64,000 bases of DNA from Ramazzottius varieornatus (Eukaryota > Animalia > Tardigrada). Location of the stretch: NCBI GenBank assembly GCA_001949185.1, contig BDGG01000001.1, positions 6,609,591-6,673,590 on the forward strand. The letters run 5' to 3'. The notes under the pieces were generated by a model. It saw only the letters and a list, made by a program, of their open reading frames with translations. It was not told where the DNA came from and searched no databases. Each line of letters starts with the position of its first letter. Positions within the stretch are counted from its first letter, which is position 1. The translations under genes and the position numbers were made by a program. Shown piece by piece: positions 49,701 to 61,590 of this stretch.

Positions 49701-50259
49701 ATCTGGCTACCTCCCGCAAAATAAATGCAAATTCACGGCAACTATAGGCATGCGAAGCTTCGAAGCTAAAACCGCGCAAGGCGGACGGCTGGTTCGCAAC
49801 CTTCAAAGAGTAGCTTCCGGTTACGTTCAGTTAGATGACCTATATACAGGAAAAGCTAAAGTGTGAAATGCGCTGACCTCCGTTTATCAGGGCTTGGACA
49901 GATGGAACTCTTTCAGCTTCCGTCCGGTCCGCGAGTAAAGGCTCGAAGCTGTTGAGGAGATAGTAGACTGCGCTGGTTAGCCGTTCGACGTTGTCATTCC
50001 AGTCACCGCAAGTGTCAATGTTGTAATTGGTCGACTTAATGAGGTGTTGCTGTAGGTTTAGCGAAGGATAGAGGACCTTGATGTCTTCAAACGCTGAATC
50101 AAAGGCCGTACCAAAGAATTCATATGTACCAGCAATAGTCTTAGAAAACAACGCCAGTGTCATAATATCGATTTTCAGATGTTTCTTCCTCAGACCGAGG
50201 TTCCGGTGAAACAGTTGAAACAACAAGATTATGCAGCCGTAACTATTCTTGTTCCACAT
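46714..50259 (-). CDS. ANF-receptor (natriuretic peptide receptor/guanylate cyclase ectodomain-like) gene, possibly partly decayed; no cyclase seen
   Basis: Hydrophobic N-terminus, GTAFDSAFEDIKVLYPSLN, TYNWRSIFILVD, LLRATSR, VLNEAYQKG...NRTLDLPTGPM...GER, juxtamembrane WWEVPATNL; some exons are hard to splice cleanly. Confidence 0.6.
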
Positions 50260-50971
50260 CGTCCTACGACTATTCGCGTGAACGGCGGTGTAGGACCAAC
50301 GCACCCGCATCGATCAACATTACGGGAAGAGCCGTCACGGACACAAGAGCAGCTTCGGGACCAGGTTGTCGAATAACGCATGCTTTCTAAGTTCGGTATG
50401 GGCGCCATAAAATCGCAGTGCCGTTAAATTAAATTAGATCGCACTGGGAACAAATAGGAAGTGACAGGAAGCGAGGAGCAGCGCAGTAAACAGGAACCAG
50501 TACTTCTGCTCGACTGTCAGTGAGAGACACACAGCACTTATAAGGACACAGAGACGCAGTACAAGAAGACAGAAAAACAGGGTCCTCCGAAACGGCGCCA
50601 AGCTTGTTAAGGTAATTGTCAGCTGCAAAAGACAGCTCACCCGAGCGATCATTCTCCGACTGAGTCGCAGGTTATCATAGAGGACGCTACGACCCATATT
50701 GGCTGAACTAATTCTAGGCTGATTGAATTAATCGGATACTTCCAGAAGGGCCAGAAACATGCAGTTCACCTGTGCTTGCCCCTGCTTGAAGCTACCGCAT
50801 CAGCAGCGTGCTGAGGTTACCGATCCAAACAGAAGTCATTCGCTTCCTTTACTCCTTGTCTTCCCGGCGGTGCGGCGGTGCGGCGGTGAAACAATAATTC
50901 TTAAGATACAATAGGTCCCCTTTCCAGAACCACTGCTTTCTGCGCGTTTGGTTTGTTGTCCAACACACGTA

Positions 50972-51177
50972 CTGTATTCCCTCGAAAGTTCTGCGAATCA
51001 CGTGACTGTCGTGGTAAGTATCATCCGGCGGGAAACAGAAACTATCTATACCTTCAATCAAAGACTGCTCCCCAGTCAAGTGTAATGATGGGCGACAATC
51101 AAACAATCAGAGATACCAGTGCGAGTAGACTTTACTGATATGATGACGTAATTCGCAGAACTATCGAGGGAATACAG
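50972..51177. mobile_element. Tc1/mariner-type MITE, family A, copy 2
   Basis: Close copy of 1869-2074; TA flanks; an empty paralogous site is present at 33396. Confidence 0.92.
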
Positions 51178-51179
51178 TA

Positions 51180-51338
51180 CACGTGCCTGGCTTAAATGTG
51201 GNNNNNNNNNNNNNNNNNNNNNNNNNNNNNNNNNNNNNNNNNNNNNNNNNNACCAATCAATCAAATCAATCGAAGCACAGTCGCTTTCGTTCCGTTCCCA
51301 GCATTTTTGTCCATCCCCACATTTGGGCCAAGCGCGTG
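51180..51338. mobile_element. TA-flanked MITE, family B (contains the 50-N assembly gap at 51202-51251)
   Basis: CACGTGCCTGGCTTAAATGTGG vs CCACATTTGGGCCAAGCGCGTG; TA at 51178-51179 and 51339-51340. Confidence 0.75.
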
Positions 51339-51937
51339 TACCACTTGCAAAACCATCGATCTGGCTGCAGATCTGGATTACATCTCGCCGTCTTTCTGCA
51401 GGGAGGTATCTCGCCTCGCAGCGTTCGTGCAGTTGTTGTTTGCACCGTGAAACTCAACGGTTTTGGGCACAGGCGGTAAACAGAAGAACTCCAGCCAATA
51501 AAGCAAACACCACTGAACTAGCCATCTCATCGACGTACACGGACACAATTTTGTGATTTTACGTCCAATGCAAAGGGATCTTTCTCGACATCGAATAATA
51601 AAAAATGTTGATCGGTACCTCGATCCGAGTTTGCCGAGGAATGAATCGGTGAAATGTGGAAAAAATGGCCAAATTCACTCCAATATTACTGCCCCCTCCG
51701 ACTTAGAATTAAACAACGAATGTCTTCACTCGGCCTTTGTCTATTGATAAAAGTAATTTCACCCATTCTGACGCGTACTTTTAGTCGATCGAATGAATAA
51801 CGGTGTGGCGATTTTTGAGGCTGTAGCAAGGTGCGTGGTGTGAGTTGTCGTGCTGCGGCTGTTGAGAGTGCATTCTGTTGTGGTTTGCATCCCTTACTAG
51901 TACCAGAGAGACTAGAAGAGGTAGAGGAACCGCTGTA

Positions 51938-52193
51938 CAGTCCAGTCGCTCGAAATCCGTACCAAATTTTTGGATCTCAGTTCAGAGCCCGCCATACATT
52001 CACCATGCAGCATGCCATGCAAAATGCCAAAACTACATAACACAAGCACTACACCCTGTCTTAACTGGTGTAATCAAGTAATCAATTGGTAGATGACCAG
52101 CTGTCTGAGCATGACGCGCAGTGTGGTTAACTTTGAATGATTTTCGCGTTTTAGAAATGCGAAAATTTGGTAGGATTTCGAACGACCGGACTG
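51938..52193. mobile_element. Tc1/mariner-type MITE, family C, copy 2
   Basis: TIRs CAGTCCAGTCGCTCGAAAT / ATTTCGAACGACCGGACTG, TA flanks, internal similarity to 28229-28490. Confidence 0.85.
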
Positions 52194-53445
52194 TATATAC
52201 CGTAGAGGCGCAAAACATGGAAGCGGTAGAGGTACTTACCATTACGGCGAACAACACCATCGGTCCGATACGTACAGAGGCCACGCCCCGGCAGAGTCGG
52301 TTGCAATACGGTTACTTGACTGTTTACGGCTTATGGTGATGGGTTGCACTCCTACTTTCTAAGTATTTAGGGCTTGCCGGACCTTTGTCACAAACGCGGC
52401 GCCTCATGTACCTGCATACATAGTTACTGATAGTGGTCCTGACCACTGGGAAGGCCGAGCGAATGCGATTAAACATTTGTTGTTGTTGCCCGGATCACGT
52501 TGCGCATCTGTTTTGAGTACAGCGATTGCGATTTCAGAAAGCTTCATCATTTGCGACATCCATTGAAACCGTGACAGACTTAAAAGAGCCTGTCTTCGCT
52601 CGGCCTGATTACACAGCAGCTCGATCTGACAGGTTAAGCCGAACCGTCGGTTTCTCCGAGCAGCTAAACGTCATCCAAGGTCATACATTTGACCTCGACC
52701 TTTAATGTCGCTATTCCGACAAGTACTTTATCATTGGAAGACTGGCGTGACGTACCTACGCGTTGCTCTACCTCATCTAGTCTCTCTGTTAGTGCAAAGT
52801 TCGATCACGCTTGATATTGATTCTGATAGTGAGCAGTTTTTTCCAACGCGGAGCAACAATGCGCGCGAAAACCTGGCTGAGATATTCCTGTCATTGATTA
52901 TATCAATACAGTAACATTTGTACCATTTGATTCTACTGTCGGGACAACTCCAGACACCAGCATAAATTGACTGGTCTCGAAGACCAGTGGTCAATTGCAC
53001 CTGAAACTAAATGCATTAGATAGCCCGTTCAAAACTGCTCATGATATCATTAGCGGAATATGGAAGAAACTTGGATATGAAACACGGAAAGTGCCGTCCT
53101 GGACAGTGGGAAAAATTTCACAGGTGGCAGATTCTACTGATGCAGTCTCAGATTATGCGAGCGTCAGCGCTCAGACCTTCGGCTTCCAGACCACGATAAA
53201 AATTTGAATTTTATAAGCCAAGAAGCAACAGTACAATTCGAAACATTCAGACCCAAAAGCTTTCAGCTAAAACAACAGAAAACTAACACCACAGCGAACA
53301 GATTGTAAGACAGAAAACACAAAAACAAACTTCCCAAGGACGTGCTGCAGTGTAAAAGATCATTTTCAGTACCGGTGATTTTCAAACCAGCCACTTCTAC
53401 TCATTCAAATGCATACACATAACTTTAGTAAACCTGCCTTTTACA

Positions 53446-56394
53446 CTATTGGAAATTATACAGACTTCGTCGAGAGAGATTGCTGTTAGAGTCAACTTCC
53501 TTATGCTTCTCTTTTGGTCTACACCAAGGTAGCTGGATGATGGACAAGATGAAGCCGCCCAGTATCATAGAGCTACCGAAAATGACAAATGTCTGCCAGT
53601 AGCTCTTCCCGAAATACTCGATCAGAATTCCTGCAAAACGTCGAGACGGACAAGTCATACCGTTTCAAGAGCATTCCGACAGATGGGTTTCCGCGGCCCA
53701 GTTTGAATACAAACAGTTTTACTTCCAGAGTGTCCTTTTTTAACATCGGCTTGTTCGGAACACTCAGGGGCATCGCGGGGTAGAGTCGCCACGCTTCGCC
53801 TCGCATGGAAGTATCACAAAACTGTTCGCCCTTTTGGAAACACACTTCAGAAAATTTCAGGGGTGACGGATATTGTAGGTCAAACACCCAAGCGTGGGGA
53901 GTTCGATGTCGAAACGACTGTACGTGCAATTTTATGCTATATGTCGTCATCATGACGTCAAAGATCTGAGCCCCTCTAGATCTTCCTTACGTGGACGTTC
54001 GACCAGTGATGAGACTGCCAAATGGACTTCAGCATCGTGTTCGTCGATGTTTGATACACCAGATTGCATCCGCCGTTTGATTTTGCTTGGGGTCAAAAAT
54101 TTCGAAGTCGTTTCCTGGACAATTAGACTGGCAAATTCTTGTATTCGAATTGGGCCGCCGATACCCAAATGCTGTAACTCACGCACAAAATATCATGCGT
54201 ACCTCCAGTTAGGGGACCGACGAACGAACCCATGCCCTGCAGAAATAACTGCAGTCCCCACGCCGCGACAAACAGATCGTCACCCGCTAGGTCGAAGCAC
54301 ACGATAGGTGTCAGTGTATGGATAACTCCTGCAACCAAAAACGGTCTCCAACTGACAATAAGAAGTAAAAGACATAATTTGGGCATAGTGGTTTTTCACT
54401 CGTAATTCGGGCATTTTTTTTCTCAGCTCCTGTCGCGTGTGATTAACCGCTTCTTGTTTCTTGCGCTAGACTGATCTCTCTCCTGAAGGTCTCAGTAGGT
54501 CTGAGAGCGACAACACGTTGCAGATCACAGGAATTCGTCCTGGGGGAGATATGGGTCAGTCCAATGTTGAAAAGCATAAAGTTGTATCAAAAGACGTACG
54601 ATGAGAAATGCATCAAGCTTTGCCGATAAGGTTCAAACTTTTCGCGTTGCCCGAATTATGGTGCGAAAATCGATACGCCCGAATTATGTCGTTTACCTCG
54701 TACCGACTGCGGTTATTTTTGAATGTCGACTGTTTTCGAGCGGGACTGTACAGCGAAATGCAAGGCCAGGTTTCGCTACCACTTTCTACGGTATCAGGAC
54801 ACTCCGCCTTACCGTCAAAGACTCCAACAACGGAGCAAAAACTGGCATACGTCGTGAAATCTTTACACAGCATGGAAAGACACATTGCGGTGCCATTGAG
54901 TAACATCGCCAGAGACATGACTATCACTGGGTTCGAAGCTCGCTCCACCCATGGGATACTCATCAAGCCAGTAAGCAATTGTCCGACGATCGTGGCGATC
55001 CCCAAGATCGACGGCAACCACGCCGCTTGTACGTCAGTCACCGTATCATCCATCTCCTGTTCGATGCGCAGAACCAGGAAGTTGTACGGTGTGAAGATAC
55101 TCGCCGAGATCAAAAAGTCCGCAATCAAGTACAACATAAAGGCCCTGTTCCGAAGTACAGCAATGGGAAAGAGGGCGTGTAGAGCATTCTTGGCTTTGTT
55201 CGACCATGTGACGTCCTTGTCTTTCAGTCTGTCGAAAAGGTGAAAGTGGTGACTGGACTTCTTTACAGCCACGGGCCCTGTGCCGACCGACATCATGATA
55301 TTGGGCGCTGGCGGTTGACGGAACAGAAAGGAGACGAGGCAAGTGAAACCAGCTATGCCGGTCAGGATACCCATCAGGACGCGCCAGCTGTCTCGTTGAA
55401 CTGGTTCGGCCAGACCTTTGCTTAGCGCAAACGTCCCCACTCCGGTACCGGTTACTGCGATGGCCACGGCCAGCGTCCGCTTGTGGTCGAACCAGTCTAG
55501 GATGGCGACGGTTGACACGAAGTATGTCATGCTCAGCCCAATGCCTAGGAGAAAACCATGGTAAAAAACCGTGAATTGGGGTGAGGCCGATGTCTCGATA
55601 TTCAACCCAGTAATCGAAACAGAACCGATCGTCTGATTCCCATTGATTCGCCTAGAAGCGTACGCGTCGATGAAGCTGTGAGTTGGCTTCCAGAAGGAAA
55701 AAACAGCGGAAATGATTTTTCGTGACCACACACAGGGCGGGAGAGAGACTTACCGGTGACCAGTCCATATCCAATGATCACTTGCCATAGCTGCGTAGCC
55801 CATATACAGCCCGCTGAAGCGGCAGTCGCCAACAACGATCCAAAAAATGCGGTTCGAATGTGACCGAACGCCGTGTCGAAGGCACTACAAAGAAGACCTA
55901 AAGATAAGACAATCCGTTCTCAGGGGGAACAACGGTCGATCTGACGAAAATACCGCAGTATATCGTTGACTTACCAGAGCCAAGTACAGAAGCGGCGAAG
56001 ACGGAAGATACCAACGAAACCGACACGGTGTTATCATCGAACGTACGCTCCAGCATGGGCAGAAGTATGCCCATAGCGTATAGACGCGCCTCAATGAGCA
56101 TATGAACCAGAAAGGCGCCAAGCACAACAACCCAACCGTAGCCTCCATCCTCTTTTTCTTGTTCGACAGATATTGCAGTGCGGTGGTAACTCTCAACTGG
56201 GTACAAAACTCTTTGTCTACTGGGTTCGGGCTCAGGAGAACTTTCAGTAGTTTTCTCAGAAGAATTAGGCGTGATGTTTGGAGTAAGAAGATCTAAACAG
56301 GGAACCCTTGTTTTCAATGATGTCGCTCGTTTGTCCCACTCGAACGCAACGGAAAGTTCTTACCGATAGGAGTAAGACGTTGATTAGAATCCAT
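53446..56394 (-). CDS. Monocarboxylate transporter (SLC16/MCT family), multi-exon
   Basis: EDGGYGWVVVLGAFLVH (MCT motif A), YGLVTGIGLSMTY...WFDHKRTLAVAIAVTGTGVG, AAWLPSILGIATIVG, WGLQLFLQGMGSFVGP, YWQTFVIFG. Confidence 0.9.
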
Positions 56395-57717
56395 ATCCGA
56401 TCGAGATACGATAGAACGATGAATATACAATAATATCCTACCCGCTAAACGGCAGTGACGATATCTCTCTGGTATAACTTATGCGTGATTCTTGTCTTGG
56501 TTAATACGCTGAATGTGCCCTTCTCACGCCAAGATTTCCTGATCGTTACTAGGCTTCGTGCATCGTGCATCGTGGAGGACAGTTTCAGCAGCCCTGACGC
56601 ACAAAGCATCTGGTAGGATGATCGGTACAGTGTACATCGCTTTTCGCCACAAAGAAAACGATGAGACCCACTGATCGACTTGGCTTTCAGCGGTTTCAGT
56701 GACAGGCAGATGGCTGGACATGATCGTCTCAATTGTACAGTATGACGCAAGTATTTAGCGAAGTTATGTAACGTTTATTGTTCTTGTACAGGTATATGCA
56801 AAGACCAAAACTGAGCCATGTATTTGACCACGCCAGATTACTATGAATCTGTACTCAAGGGAAGTCTTCCCGTCGGATGGTAGCTGGACAGGTTCTTCGT
56901 TGTGGAGCTTCTCTTGACACTTGAGCAGTCTCGGCCGAGGGTTCGTGCTTAACGAGACGTAGCCTTGCTTCTGCATTCGTGGCACTCTCGGTATTGCGAC
57001 AATGGAAATAATTACGTGCGTGCATTCATTCTAGCCTGATGTGATCCGGCTCACAGAGATTAGCAATACAATCGAGATGCTAGCGAGGGTATAGAGGAAA
57101 CACTATACCTGGTCGCTAGATTCTACTACACTGAATGGGATGGGAGCGGTCTGTGGCACTCATCAGCTCAGCCCACCATCTTTTCACCAGCTTTACTTCC
57201 TCTAGATTAAGCAGTTTGGTCGCTTTTACAGCCAGCCGATCGCGAGGCTCACGAGAGTTACGCAACTACATAGCACCAAACCCACGATTTCCTCGAATTG
57301 GTACTTCGAAATGTAACTACAGTACTTTGAACGTACCGGAGTCTTGATGTCTGTCGCTGTAACACTGGATGATAAATCACGTTCCTGCAGCTGACTTCGA
57401 TCGTTTGCTTGCGATCGGTATAGTGACAAAGATTTCGCAGAACATGCTGTCTGTATGCGTCAGGCCATCAATAAAGCCAGAGCGGCGTCTCACAAAATCT
57501 GGCGTGAGGTAGAGAAGCAACCGGCAACGTGCACGCAGTTATGCAGTACACAGTACCGGGTGCTTAGTCTATATACAGTGCAGAAAATGCACCCCTACCG
57601 GTGGTCACGTGGTCCTGTGGCACTAAGGTCACTAACGTCACGTAACCACCAGGAGGAATGCATTTTCAGCACTGTAGTACGGTTATGGAGACCTTCGTAT
57701 GATTAGCGACACTGGTT

Positions 57718-60510
57718 ATGGAAATTCGTCGTCAACAGAATGCTGTTGTAGCCATCGTCACAATTGTGACCTATATCTTGTTCCCGACTGCATTTCTCAG
57801 TTCCATCCAGTTTGCCGGACCGGGTACGGTCGACATGGGCGTCGAGTTTCGTCCTTCCCAACTTGTAGCCGTGGCTAACGTTACGATCGTCACTTACGTT
57901 CTGTATCCTACTGCCTTCCTGACTTCTATTCAGTTCACCGGACCAGCTTTGGACATGGGCGTCGAACGGCTGAGAAACGAGTATCACTTCAACGTGACGC
58001 ACCGCTATGTCGGTTCCTACAACTGGTCAACCATCCAAGGAATGGTGGAGAACCTCTACCTGGTCGCCAAATTCTATTACAATGAATGGGACGGGAACGG
58101 TCTGTTCGCGCTCATCAGCTCGGGTCTGTGAACATGAAGCGCAAAACTCTGTCGTTCGAACTACAAACTCCTTCCTTTTCACGGATAGGACTGGAAGAGA
58201 CATTTGGCCTCGCGTCTTTGGCACGTGAATGGGGTGTTCCCTTGATAACTTCGTGAGTTCTCGATCAATCACTCATATCGCGAAGAGAATGGTCAGCTAG
58301 TCACTTTAGCCTTTCGTGCTTCAGAACGATGACGGATGAGAGCCTTAGGAATAAAAAGCGATACCCGACAGTGATTAGCCTCACACCCGTCGCTTTAATC
58401 GCGTACGCGGAAGTGATCGGGGCTGTGTTAGACAGTTTTGCTTGGACTTCTGTGTATACTGTAAGAGACGAGGCTGGTCCGGCACCCTTCTACCAGCTGT
58501 GGATTGCAACAGCCAAGGGTTACTTCGCGGAGAGGAAAGCCCAGCTCATGTTGAGGATGTACACTGGAAATACGGCCAAGAATGGCACCGCATGGTTCAG
58601 CGACGCGTTGCAAGAAGCCGCAAAATACAGTCGTGGTACGTGTCTATCTTGAATACCGCATATCATAAGTTCTGGACTCTGTTTCCTTTGCTTTTGTCCA
58701 GTTATTATTCTCACGATGAACGGGTATCGTGTTCGGGATTTCATGGTAAATATACTGGTGGCAGCACAACGTCCTCGTTGCATGGCTTTGAGGTGTATAC
58801 TACAGTATAAGATTGAGCCTGGCCCTACTGTCAACGACTGTAGCCGGCATACTTGTTACCTTGCTGCAAGTGTGTGTTGGAGGTTTGGTTACCGCCTCCA
58901 ACAGTTGTGATAAAGATCCCTAAAATCGTTATCCTGATGTCAGGCGCTCGATGGAAAACGGACCGAAAGCCATGCAGACGAACAAGGTAACCAGCAGGAC
59001 TGCCGCAAACGCTTTTGTAATCTTTATAGATCGCGGCATCACTTGCGGGGATGACCAACGGAGAATACGTAACTAAAAAATCAGATACTGCATATTGCCT
59101 GATGCTAACAGAACCCGACCAGCTTGCGAGGTGCCGTTTTATGGTCTAGGTATATTTCGCGTTTGTGCCTTACGAAGTACTACGTTCGGTCGGCGTCATG
59201 AGCTTCGAGAAAGCGGGCGATGACAACAACAATCAGGTTTTTTCCTCTTTACATGCAATGGATTGGTACAGGTTTTGTAAGGATCATCGAAGCCATCTCT
59301 AACCTTAGATCGCTGCCGAAGCTTTTCGGAGTTTACTCACAATCTCTCCGTGCAAATATTCAGAAGCCAGCTCATCACCAATCTTCCAGACGCGAAAAGC
59401 GCTTGTGGCGGAATTCACGCGGCGATCGCTAACAGACTACAATTTCACCTATCCACTTGGGGAAAAGGTTTGCGGAAATCTTAAGATTATGTCCGTGTTC
59501 ATCGATAACAACGTAATAAGTTCTACGTACAAGTTACCTTTTGCAGCCTAACGAATTCGTAATGGCCACGTACGACGCCGTCGAGATTTTTGGTCGGGTA
59601 GGAAGCTGAAAGCATGATTTTGAACTCACATTTATTGACTTACATGAATTAATCTGCATTTGCATGACCTTAAATTCATTCATCATAAAATAATCGTGTC
59701 ATCTCTGATTTTCTAGCTCGTTAACGAAAGCCTTGCCAGCAATGCTACACTTTCTGGTGCTTCACTTGCTCGTGCGACTATCAACAGAACGTTTGAACTG
59801 GACACAGGAAGTATCGTGATTGACAAGTTCGGAGAAAGACTGGTCAATCACTGCGTCTCGGATTTCGATACTCTTTCCAGACAATTCAAGGTTTCCGTGA
59901 TCAGCGAAAAGTGTATTTGTCAGACTTTTCCCGCAAATGCTTGAAACTATATCTTTTTGCCAGACTGTGTTGCTGTATTCAGCAGCAAAAAAAGTCCTGC
60001 TGAATGCGAGCAACACCTCGATAGACTGGGCCAACGAAGCAAACACGGCGCCACTCAACGAGCCACTCTGTGGTTATCTGCACAGCCAAGCCATTTGCTC
60101 CAGAGGTTCATCTTTCCACGCACACAATAAGAACGCGGTATTGAGCGGAAGATAATCCTGTGTTTTCTTCCTCCGCACAGAGAGCCATAAAGAGGTTGGA
60201 GACATTGCAGTGGGCGTTGCACTTTCAGTTCTCTTCGTCGTCGTTGGGACTGTAGTTGCGGTGGTTTTCAACCGGTATGTGGGTATCATAGGGCTGATCT
60301 CCAGCTCTATGGTTAGTCATTTATACTAGTTTTATATACTTCTGTGTCACATGGTCTACCATGCAGACCCCAAATCATAGGATTATTATGTTACGTCTCT
60401 CCACTATTCACTGTTGCAGAACAGCACAGAACGACCGAAAGTTCTTGTTAGATCGGTACCATATCCAACAAGTGAAGCTGAAACCGCAATCGCTCAACGA
60501 CGCCCTTTAA
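57718..60510 (+). CDS. ANF-receptor ectodomain + single TM + short tail (NPR-C-like architecture), multi-exon
   Basis: GPALDMGVERLRNEYHFNV, SLRNKKRYPTVISL, VLDSFAWTSV, AAKYSR|VIIL, AGMTNGEY|VY, YNFTY, TYDAVEIFG, INRTFELDTG..VIDKFGER, NEPLCGY...C, TM IAVGVALSVLFVVVGTVVAVVF, stop at 60508-60510. Confidence 0.85.
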
Positions 60511-61261
60511 TCCAAGCGGAAAAACAAGCTACGGCACAAACAGTAAGAGGCTGCACTGCATGAAGGCTGTTGGTGCACGGAATACAGCCCGCCTAAGCCA
60601 ACTTGCTACCACTCATTCTACCAAGGTCAGCTCGACTCGATTAGTTTTCCACTTCGAAATCAATTTTCCCCGGTTTAGCATTCTCTTTGCTGCCTCTCGG
60701 AAAATTACTGGCCAAAAATCTGTTTATGGAAAGTCATGATCGACGTTAACCTCGGAGAGGTGCTGAGTGAAAAACGCACCAACTTTTGTCATTTTTGTGT
60801 CCGTTTTCGAAACTGTTTTTCTCAGTTTACCGTTGGCATCCCGCGGTACGGTTAACCAAAAACAATTAGCACAAACATTGAACTAAAGGAAAAGTGGCTG
60901 GACCGCAAATCAACCGTTCTGGAAAACAGTCAAAATTTGTTTTTCGAAACCGAGTTTTCCCAGCAAAACGGTCAGATTCGACGGTTTTAAATCGTTTGTC
61001 AAATTCGCTTGGACCTTTTCTGGTCTTTCTCGACTCTTTCGGCTATTAGAATAGTTATATGTTTATTTACATCAATGTCAGGATAAGAAGACAAGCATGG
61101 AGTTTCGTAGACTGCGTTTTACCCCCCTGGCGGTATGTCTTCCCCACCGGAAGTCATACTAGTCAAGTTTTTCAAACAGCTTGTCACCATAACTGAACGA
61201 ATCACAGCTCAGTCGAAGCAGCTTGAGAAGTTACATGGAGAAAGGGGGAGCACGAATTTTG

Positions 61262-61480
61262 TTTTGAAGTCTGCTATACATTCGCCAGACAGCGCGATAA
61301 GCTAAGGTCGAAATTACATAACACATACATTACAGTACACCGTAGTTTCAGTGGTGTGATCAAGTGATCAACTCGCATGTGGATTGTGGACCGGCTATGT
61401 TCGGTATGGCGCGCAGCATCGTTAACTTTCTCCACTTTAAAATCTGAAAGTCAGGTACCAGATTTCCAGCGACCGGACTG
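61262..61480. mobile_element. Truncated family C MITE, copy 3
   Basis: Homologous to ~28274-28490; retains the right TIR ...CAGCGACCGGACTG. Confidence 0.75.
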
Positions 61481-61590
61481 TGATCGCCACTAATCGGCAT
61501 GTTGCAACTCATAACGCCTGCTGCTTGCAGCATGCGTTATGGGTCATGGCCGCAAGAGTTCATATGGGGTACGTCATATACTTCAAGCAG

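Larger units (their letters stand above)
50780..51525 (-). pseudogene. Decayed small secreted Cys-rich protein gene, copy 2, interrupted by two MITEs
   Basis: MASSVVFALLAGVLLFTACAQNR*VSRCKQQLHERCEAR...ICSQIDGFASG|TCVGQQ; homologous to 33230-33581. Confidence 0.5.

Noticed and set aside
51202-51251. Run of 50 N
   Set aside because: Assembly gap; it only makes the length of MITE B uncertain.
54608-55243. 211-aa plus-strand ORF and similar antisense ORFs over KAT8, SIRT7 and the GPCR
   Set aside because: Antisense shadows of real coding exons.
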